Source of the DNA: an uncultured Anaerolineaceae bacterium
GTDB taxonomy: Bacteria; Chloroflexota; Anaerolineae; JAAYZQ01
Reading direction: 5' to 3'
Length of the DNA: 57,826 bases
NCBI GenBank assembly: GCA_964575225.1
Contig: CAZNQW010000002.1
Location: 1 to 57,826 of the forward strand
The notes below the pieces were generated by a model. That model was not told the DNA's origin and made no database searches. It worked only from the letters and a program-made list of their open reading frames with translations. Both the position numbers and the translations under genes were made by a program. This document shows, piece after piece, positions 28,096 to 34,336 of the stretch (position 1 is the stretch's first letter; each line of letters starts with the position of its first letter).

Positions 28096-30972
28096 TCAGC
28101 CCTTGGCTGTGGGCCAATTGTTGGTCAACCAGCGTTTGGTCGCTTCTGGCAGTTTGGTCAGTGAGGCGCGAACCCGAGTGCACGGGGGCAGAGAGTTGAG
28201 GAACTGGGGCCCGTAGGCTTTGGTCAGAACCCGCTTATCGAGTACGACGACCACCCCGCGGTCATTCTTGGTGCGGATTAGCCTCCCGAATCCCTGCCGA
28301 AAACGGAGGATTGTCTCGGGGATGGCATATTCGGTAAACGGATCGTCAAAGGTGTCGGAGCGGGCAGAAAAAACCGGATCGTCGGGCACGGCAAAGGGCA
28401 GCCGGGCGATCACGAGGACGCTCAACGCCGGGCCGACGATATCCACCCCTTCCCAGAAACTTCGCGTGCCCAGCAGCACCGATTGGGGGGTTGTGCGAAA
28501 GTTTTCGAGCAACTGGATGCGCGAACTGCCGGCGCCCTGTTGCAGCACAATGATGCCGCTATCGGATAGGGGACCGTTGATGGCCCGAGCTGTGGTCCGC
28601 AGTTGATGATACGACGTAAAGAGAACCAGCGTCCGTCCCTCTGCCGCCCGCGACAGGGCAATGATCGCTTCCTCCACCGTCTTTTGGTAACGGGGTTGAT
28701 TGGGCTCTGGAATGTCGGTCGGCAGGTAGAGGAGCGTCGATTGTTCAAAGTCAAAGGGCGAACCCACGGACAGCTCATCCGCGTCCCAGGCCGACAGCCG
28801 TTCTCGGAGATAGTCAAACTTGCCGTCGGTGGTCAGCGTTGCCGAAGTGAGGATGACCGACTCTTTGGGGTGGAAGAGATGGGTCTGCACCAAATTGCCG
28901 ACGTGGAGTGGGGCCGCGTGCAGCGTCACCCGTTCCTGCCGGGCCGAGATGCTGGCCCAGTAGATCTCGTTGTTGCCAGGTTCTGAGATGCAGGCGTTGA
29001 TCTGGCTCCGCAGTTCGTCGAGCCGCTGCTCATACCCCTTGCAATCCTGCGCCATTCCGTCCAGATCCTCGATGCCGAATCCGTCCAGTTCGCCCAGCTC
29101 ACCGCAAAGCTGCTCCAGGTGGAGGATCACGGGATGGAGCAATACCGACAGGTTCTCCCAGGCAATCTCGACCTCGGTCCAGGCGGGCTGAACACGAAGG
29201 CCGCTGGTCAGGCGCAACCGTTGGTCATAGTCGCCCCTGTTCGATGCGTGTTCGCGCAAAAAGCCGTCGAGGATGGAGAAAAAGGCATAGGTGCCGCTTA
29301 TGGCGGCTTCAATGTCCCGCTGGAGCTGCCCCACGTGCTTTTCCAGGGGAGCCCATTGTTGGGGCGGAAGGGTGCCCCGACAGCGGTTCAAGAGATCGTT
29401 GAGAAAGCCGGTGCTGCGCCCGACGCCCACGGGGCGGGCCAGTTCGTTGAGGATCCGTTCGATGGCTTGCTGATCGGCCTCAAAGCTCAGTTGGCGGGTC
29501 ACGTTGCTTTCCAGGTGATGAGCTTCGTCGACAATGAGATACCGGTATTCGGGCAGGACGCGATTATCGACCGCCACGTCAGAGAGCAGCAGCGCGTGGT
29601 TGACGATGATCAGGTGGGCGCGCTCGGCTGCGCGCCGTGCTCGATAAAAGAAACAGCGCCCTCTCTCTCGAAAGCGGCATCGATCTTGGGTGCAGGTTTC
29701 GCTCTCGGCGGAGACTTTGGACCACAGGGCCTGTTCGGCCGGATCGGGCATAAAGAGCTCACCATGTTCGCCGGTTTGCGTGCTGGGCAGCCAGACCAGG
29801 ATTTTGGCCAGCATGCGCATTTCATCGGCCGAACTCACGCCGATGTTGCGCAGAACGCCCAGGCGCCGCTGGCACAGATAATTGCTCCGGCCTTTGAGGA
29901 GCGCTGCTCGGAACTGGAAGGGCAGGATCTTTTGCAGATCGGGGACATCCTTAAGAAAGAGCTGGTCCTGCAGGTTGATGGTGTTGGTCGAGATGACGAC
30001 GCGCTCGCTGTTGAGTTGGGCAAAGGCCGCGGCGGGCAGCAGGTAGGCGATGCTTTTCCCGGTGCCTGTTCCCGCTTCGACCATCAGGTGTTGACCCTCG
30101 TTGAGTGCTTGCCCGACCACCTCCAGCATTTCCACCTGTTGGGCTCGATGTTCAAAGGCCGGAAAGCTTTGGGCAAACAGGCCGTCTTCTTCCAGCATGG
30201 CGGCCAACTCGCGCACATTCACGGCGCGCGGTGTGGCAGCGGGTATTAGTTCGTCTTCATCATCAGGTTCGGTGGAAAAAAGGGGACCGAGTTCGTCTCC
30301 GTCTTGTTGGAGCTGGGCGGCCAACTGCTGGCCGATCCCGCCCCGAAAGGCCGTTCGCGATAGACCACGCTCGACGTCGCGAAATACCTCCCCTAAAGAC
30401 CAGTTCACCCCCTTGGAAAGGCGGTTGATCTCTTGCAGAACCGAAAGGGGCAATTGGGAGGCCACTTCCAACAGGGCGATGAATAGATCGCGGGTTGCCA
30501 GGGCGTCGTCCAGTGCCCGGTGAGGGGAAAGATTCGAGATCCCCAGAGTCTCCCCCAACTTTGCCAGGCTATAGCGCGCGGCATGGGGCAAAAGGACGCT
30601 CGCGAGTTCGAATGTGTCGATGGCCGGGTTGGAAAAGGGGGCGTCGTGATTGCGCAGGAAGCTGAGGTCAAAGCTGATATTGTGCCCCACGATGGGATGG
30701 TGCCCGACAAAGCGCGCCAGATCGTTGATTACTTGGGAAAACCGGGGCGCGCGCCCAAGCTCTCGGTCCGAAATGCCGGTGAGTTGCTGGATCTGGATGG
30801 GCAGGAGTTGCCCTGGATTGACCAGGGTTTGCCATCGATCCATTTCCTCAGATCTGATCGAGGCGCCGTCGTGAGTGGTACGAAAACGGACGGCGCCGAT
30901 CTCGATGATCGCGTCGCGCTGGGTATCGAGGCCCGTGGTTTCCAGATCCAGGGCCACATAGATTCGACTCAT
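28096..30972 (-). CDS. dinG: DnaQ-like 3'-5' exonuclease fused to a DinG/Rad3-family ATP-dependent DNA helicase
   Basis: Exo I IYVALDLETTGLD, Exo II IVGHNISFDLSFL, Exo III HRALDDALATRD. Walker A VEAGTGTGKS and DEAH box LIVDEAHHLE. The Cys cluster NYLC...ETCTQDRCRFRERGRC is placed like an Fe-S domain. Confidence 0.88.
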   Translation of the reverse strand: MSRIYVALDLETTGLDTQRDAIIEIGAVRFRTTHDGASIRSEEMDRWQTLVNPGQLLPIQIQQLTGISDRELGRAPRFSQVINDLARFVGHHPIVGHNISFDLSFLRNHDAPFSNPAIDTFELASVLLPHAARYSLAKLGETLGISNLSPHRALDDALATRDLFIALLEVASQLPLSVLQEINRLSKGVNWSLGEVFRDVERGLSRTAFRGGIGQQLAAQLQQDGDELGPLFSTEPDDEDELIPAATPRAVNVRELAAMLEEDGLFAQSFPAFEHRAQQVEMLEVVGQALNEGQHLMVEAGTGTGKSIAYLLPAAAFAQLNSERVVISTNTINLQDQLFLKDVPDLQKILPFQFRAALLKGRSNYLCQRRLGVLRNIGVSSADEMRMLAKILVWLPSTQTGEHGELFMPDPAEQALWSKVSAESETCTQDRCRFRERGRCFFYRARRAAERAHLIIVNHALLLSDVAVDNRVLPEYRYLIVDEAHHLESNVTRQLSFEADQQAIERILNELARPVGVGRSTGFLNDLLNRCRGTLPPQQWAPLEKHVGQLQRDIEAAISGTYAFFSILDGFLREHASNRGDYDQRLRLTSGLRVQPAWTEVEIAWENLSVLLHPVILHLEQLCGELGELDGFGIEDLDGMAQDCKGYEQRLDELRSQINACISEPGNNEIYWASISARQERVTLHAAPLHVGNLVQTHLFHPKESVILTSATLTTDGKFDYLRERLSAWDADELSVGSPFDFEQSTLLYLPTDIPEPNQPRYQKTVEEAIIALSRAAEGRTLVLFTSYHQLRTTARAINGPLSDSGIIVLQQGAGSSRIQLLENFRTTPQSVLLGTRSFWEGVDIVGPALSVLVIARLPFAVPDDPVFSARSDTFDDPFTEYAIPETILRFRQGFGRLIRTKNDRGVVVVLDKRVLTKAYGPQFLNSLPPCTRVRASLTKLPEATKRWLTNNWPTAKG

Positions 30973-31051
30973 GGAGGCTCCGTTCTAGGGGAAGGGGGTC
31001 TCAAGACCCTCGCAGATGGACGCGCAAGCTCCTTTCCCTCCCTGTCGGGCG

Positions 31052-31080
31052 ATTATACCCCAGGCTCGGTCAAAAGGCAA
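31052..31080 (-). promoter_or_regulatory. Sigma70-like promoter (TTGCCT-17 nt-TATAAT) for the dinG-like gene
   Basis: Minus strand: -35 TTGCCT (comp. 31075-31080) and -10 TATAAT (comp. 31052-31057), with 17-nt spacing, about 80 nt upstream of ATG 30972. Confidence 0.45.
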
Positions 31081-31350
31081 AAGGGGATCGGAGGAGGGGG
31101 CAGCGTCGCGTGCCCGATGAAGGATCTCGAGGGCTTTCGGCGCCTGATTCTGAATCCCGGGCACGTCACGAGTTCGGTTTCGGGTGCCGCTTCAGCCCCC
31201 CGGTTCTCATGGTTTGGACAACTGGTATGCGGTTTGGCCCAGCGAGTGCCCGGAATGAGTGGGTTCCAACGCTGCCGAGGGTATGGAAGCCGTGCGCCGA
31301 GTGGCACAATGGGGCCAGAAGTACAGGCCGGGACCGGCTGGCTGCCCTGC

Positions 31351-32118
31351 TTATGCTCTGGGGTGCAGGACGATGGTTTCGACTCCGAAATAGGTCACCA
31401 ACAGATAGCGCAGGTCGCGGAAAACCACGCGAGGGGACGCGTTCTCCAAGTCGAAGGGCAGGTCGAGCAGGAACAGATCGGGTTGAAGGGTGCGTTGTTT
31501 GACCATCTCGATCAGGGCGCTCCGCAGCTCGACAAAATAGGGCGATCCCAATTCGCGCGGGGCCGCGGCCCGCTCCTTGACCTGGGCCAGCCACTTTTTG
31601 CCTGATTTCGAGACCTCGAGGTGCTGTCCTGTGTGAGAGTGCCAGCGAACCCCCGGCTCGCCCTGGCAAAAGGTGAGGTGATGGTCTCTGTCGTCGGTGA
31701 GGTCGGGCAACGCTTGCAAGGGGATGAACACGCTTTGTTCCAGGATTCGGTTTGCCAGGAACGCCTGGTTGAACTCGATCTGGCGATAGAACATCGGCGC
31801 GGCGTAATAGACTTCGGGCTCGCGCTCGGCCAGGGCGCGCAGCAGATTATGTTGGTTCGAATGTTTCCGGCTGGGGAGTGCCAGGCGAAAGAAGGGATGG
31901 TCATAGTCGGACCAGTGCCGCGCCCGCGGCATTTTCATATACTCGGCCAGTTTGAAGCGGAGAAAGATCGGCCAGCCGTGTTCGATGCTCGATCCAAAGT
32001 CGTCGTCACTCACAAAGGAGGGAAAGAGCGGCTCGCTGACGACCTGGGGCAAAAGCGCGCTCATGATCTCGTAGGAAAGGGCAAAACCGTACGAAAATTC
32101 AGAGAACTCGGCCCTCAT
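31351..32118 (-). CDS. Hypothetical protein, 255 aa, no family recognised
   Basis: The ATG is preceded by GGGAGGTGAAAA and the gene has its own near-consensus promoter. The translation (MRAEFSEFSYGFALSYEIMSALLPQ...) has no low-complexity character. I recognise no motif in it. Confidence 0.6.
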   Translation of the reverse strand: MRAEFSEFSYGFALSYEIMSALLPQVVSEPLFPSFVSDDDFGSSIEHGWPIFLRFKLAEYMKMPRARHWSDYDHPFFRLALPSRKHSNQHNLLRALAEREPEVYYAAPMFYRQIEFNQAFLANRILEQSVFIPLQALPDLTDDRDHHLTFCQGEPGVRWHSHTGQHLEVSKSGKKWLAQVKERAAAPRELGSPYFVELRSALIEMVKQRTLQPDLFLLDLPFDLENASPRVVFRDLRYLLVTYFGVETIVLHPRA

Positions 32119-32149
32119 TTTTCACCTCCCAATTTCCCCTATCGTTGCC

Positions 32150-32178
32150 ATTATACCATTGCCCGCCTCGAAACGCAA
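32150..32178 (-). promoter_or_regulatory. Sigma70-like promoter (TTGCGT-17 nt-TATAAT, TGn) for the 255-aa hypothetical gene
   Basis: Minus strand: -35 TTGCGT (comp. 32173-32178) and -10 TATAAT (comp. 32150-32155), preceded by TGG. Confidence 0.5.
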
Positions 32179-32267
32179 AGGTCGTTTGAGCGCCTCTCCG
32201 CCGGGTGTAGTCGGTGTGTCTCGCGGTCCCGGGTTGTGAATACAAGTCGGTGGAAATTCCCGTAGGG

Positions 32268-32361
32268 CCGCAAAGAGCACCGTCACCCCCGCGCAAGCGG
32301 GGGCCAGCCCTTTGGATGCTGCCTGCGAGTACGCAGGCGCTTTCGCGGGCATGACGAGGGG
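32268..32361. repeat. REP/MITE-like palindromic element with two GC-rich hairpins
   Basis: Hairpin 1 is CCCCCGC-GCAA-GCGGGGG (32286-32303). Hairpin 2 is GCCTGCG-AGTA-CGCAGGC (32321-32338). They are enclosed by CCGCAAAG...CTTTCGCGG and by the imperfect inverted ends CGTCACCCCCGCG / CGCGGGCATGACG. The element sits between two divergent promoters. Confidence 0.35.
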
Positions 32362-32461
32362 CAAGTAGCCCTAGAATCGCAATGCGTTCAGCACTGCACG
32401 CGTGAAAATCTCATCTGAGCATTTCCCACCGAAATCGATACGCCACCCAGTCCCGAATCCG

Positions 32462-32490
32462 TTGCACAGAGCGGCAACCTGTGGTAAGAT
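32462..32490 (+). promoter_or_regulatory. Sigma70-like promoter (TTGCAC-17 nt-TAAGAT, TGn) for the HD-domain gene
   Basis: -35 at 32462-32467 and -10 at 32485-32490, preceded by TGG. It lies 47 nt upstream of ATG 32537. Confidence 0.45.
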
Positions 32491-32536
32491 GGGCTCGATC
32501 GCACTTCTGGCAGAAAATCCAACGGGAGGCATTACC

Positions 32537-33085
32537 ATGAGAGCAAGTCTCAAACAGATTTGGCCGGAAATCGAATGGATCCAGGACCCTGAACTCAAGG
32601 AAAAGGTCTATCAGACCTGGGAGTATGCCCTGGAGCAGAGCGTCCTCACGCCCGAGGACCTTACGAAAATTCCTTTTACTCTGTTGGTCAAAGATTGTCA
32701 GGTTACCTTCATGGAACACAAGCGGGCCGTGGTTCACATCGCGGTCGAGTCGGCCAAGGCCATGCAAAAATTCTTTGGAGACAAGTTGCCCATTGACATG
32801 GACACCTTGATCGCCGGTGCGATCCTGATCGATGTGGGCAAGCTGATCGAGTATGTGCTGGAGGACGGCCAGGCCGTGGTCGGCAAGACGGGCAAGCTGC
32901 TGCGACATCCGTTCACGGGTGTGGCCTTGGCCATGCGTTTTGGCGTGCCCGATGAGATCTGTCACACGATCGCGGCTCACTCGAACGAGGGCAACCTGGG
33001 CAAGCGCACGACTGAGGCGTTTATCATCCACCACGCCGATTTTATGAGCTTTGAGCCTTTCAAACCTGAAACCCTGAGGTTCTAA
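32537..33085 (+). CDS. HD-superfamily-like phosphohydrolase domain protein (183 aa) with a degenerate HD dyad
   Basis: ATG 32537 follows GGGAGG. The HD-domain layout is EHKRAVVHIA...LIAGAILIDVGK...AAHSNEG...IIHHADFMS. The position normally read as LHDxGK is LIDVGK here. Confidence 0.65.
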   Translation: MRASLKQIWPEIEWIQDPELKEKVYQTWEYALEQSVLTPEDLTKIPFTLLVKDCQVTFMEHKRAVVHIAVESAKAMQKFFGDKLPIDMDTLIAGAILIDVGKLIEYVLEDGQAVVGKTGKLLRHPFTGVALAMRFGVPDEICHTIAAHSNEGNLGKRTTEAFIIHHADFMSFEPFKPETLRF

Positions 33086-33099
33086 TCGCCGGACAACGC

Positions 33100-33132
33100 G
33101 CGGGCGGATGAACGAGTCATCCGCCCGCTTTT
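33100..33132 (+). terminator. Strong intrinsic terminator after the HD-domain gene
   Basis: A perfect 12-bp stem: GCGGGCGGATGA (33100-33111), loop ACGAG, TCATCCGCCCGC (33117-33128), followed by TTTTCG. Confidence 0.65.
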
Positions 33133-33163
33133 CGATCGTGGCTGAGTTGGACGTACGATGTTT

Positions 33164-33400
33164 CTACCCCAACTTTGTGCCACACTCGGGACAGAACTTG
33201 GCCCCTTCGGTTTTGGCGCCACAGGAAGGGCAGACGCCTGCGGGCGTCCTTTCGATCTTGGTCCCACATTCGGGGCAGAATTTGGCTCCGTGGGTTTCCT
33301 TCCCGCAATTGGGGCACGCATCGACGGCTGGCTGCACCATCGCCGTCCCGCATTCGGGGCAGAACTTGGTGCCCGCCGGGGCCACCGCGCCGCAGTTAGG
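33164..33400 (-). repeat. Three in-frame tandem coding repeats (double zinc-ribbon units)
   Basis: At the protein level: CPNCG-x7-KFCPECGT, CPNCG-x6-KFCPECGT, CPSCG-x6-KFCPECGT. At the DNA level, AARTTYTGCCCBGARTGYGGVAC recurs three times. Confidence 0.6.
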
Positions 33401-33910
33401 GCAGCGGGCCACGTTGCTCGATGCCTTTTGAACGGCTTCCCGCGTTTGCTCCAGGACACCCCCCAGCCCAAAGGCGCTGGCGAGGCCTTTGATCACGGCC
33501 CCTGCCTGTTCGCCTTCTGCCTGCGCGATCTCGTCCTTTCGAGGACTGTCGTCCTGGCAGTACCCCGTTTGTTCATCCCAATCGGATAGGCAGCAGATGC
33601 GGAGGCAAGTGGGGCATTCACGGAAGCGATCCTTGACCTGTTGCCAGGCCTTTTCGAGTTGCGCGGGGGTGAGGCTGTAGGTGTAGCGGGGATCTTCCCC
33701 CACCACATTTTCGGCGATGGCGTCACCGACCAGCGGCACTTTGCGCAACAATCCTCCCAGGCTCTTGCGACCGATATCTTGGGTGATGGTCGCTCCAATC
33801 TCGGGTTGACTGCGATACTCGCGATCGCAATACTCGCAATAGAAGACGGCGTAGGGTCCAACACCGTCGTTTCTTACGTCATAATTCGGCATACGGCTTG
33901 GCTCCGACAT
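33164..33910 (-). CDS. Zinc-ribbon domain protein (N-terminal Cys-rich domain + three C-terminal double zinc ribbons)
   Basis: ATG 33910 (MSEPSRMPNYD) follows GGGAGGGA and lies downstream of the predicted promoter. The N-terminal half has CEYC...CPTC...CC...C. The C-terminal half is the triple zinc-ribbon repeat. Confidence 0.7.
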   Translation of the reverse strand: MSEPSRMPNYDVRNDGVGPYAVFYCEYCDREYRSQPEIGATITQDIGRKSLGGLLRKVPLVGDAIAENVVGEDPRYTYSLTPAQLEKAWQQVKDRFRECPTCLRICCLSDWDEQTGYCQDDSPRKDEIAQAEGEQAGAVIKGLASAFGLGGVLEQTREAVQKASSNVARCPNCGAVAPAGTKFCPECGTAMVQPAVDACPNCGKETHGAKFCPECGTKIERTPAGVCPSCGAKTEGAKFCPECGTKLG

Positions 33911-33997
33911 GAGATCCCTCCCTGTGGTTGAGTTTGGATGGCATACAGACTCGGCCCTGTTGTCCACCTCTCGTTGATTCACAACATCCACACGGGC

Positions 33998-34025
33998 ATT
34001 ATAGCAGAAGCACGGCCAAAGTCAA
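33998..34025 (-). promoter_or_regulatory. Sigma70-like promoter (TTGACT-16 nt-TATAAT, TGn) for the zinc-ribbon gene
   Basis: Minus strand: -35 TTGACT (comp. 34020-34025) and -10 TATAAT (comp. 33998-34003), preceded by TGC. Its position argues against the upstream ATG at 33991 as the start. Confidence 0.45.
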
Positions 34026-34164
34026 GCTACTTCTTCCGGTGTATCCACGTGTCTGTTCTCACTGCCCCAAGACCTCATGGTCCTCCTGTCTCCCCGGCGC
34101 GACGAGCGCCCCAGGAGGGATGGGATGCCCAGGCCCGTTGGCCCGACACGGTTTGTTCCTGTGT

Positions 34165-34193
34165 TTGACACCCCGGTACCCCACGGGTATAAT
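34165..34193 (+). promoter_or_regulatory. Perfect-consensus sigma70 promoter (TTGACA-17 nt-TATAAT) for the MFS-HEAT gene
   Basis: -35 TTGACA at 34165-34170 and -10 TATAAT at 34188-34193. It predicts a leader of about 137 nt. Confidence 0.55.
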
Positions 34194-34336
34194 GCAACCG
34201 GTAACCCAAAAAGACGAGGGTCACGCGTTTGCCAGTGGTAGCGTCGGCAGCCCGGGCAGTCACAGCGAATCTCCACTTTCCACACCAGAGTTCATTCCGG
34301 CAGGAGCAGGTTCTTTGAGAGCAGGCGTCTTGAGCC

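Noticed and set aside
28096-32118. A two-gene defence-like module (a Hachiman-style small effector plus helicase) formed by the 255-aa orphan protein and the downstream helicase.
   Set aside because: The two genes are 378 bp apart and the helicase has its own TTGCCT-17-TATAAT promoter. The helicase is a DnaQ-DinG fusion of the repair/housekeeping type. I could not find a PD-(D/E)xK or any other nuclease motif in the 255-aa protein. I keep it only as an orphan of unknown function.
33164-33400. A tandem DNA repeat that could be mistaken for a small CRISPR-like or satellite array.
   Set aside because: The repeats are in frame within a CDS and encode zinc-ribbon units. The spacer parts encode linker residues. 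There are no cas genes and no leader.
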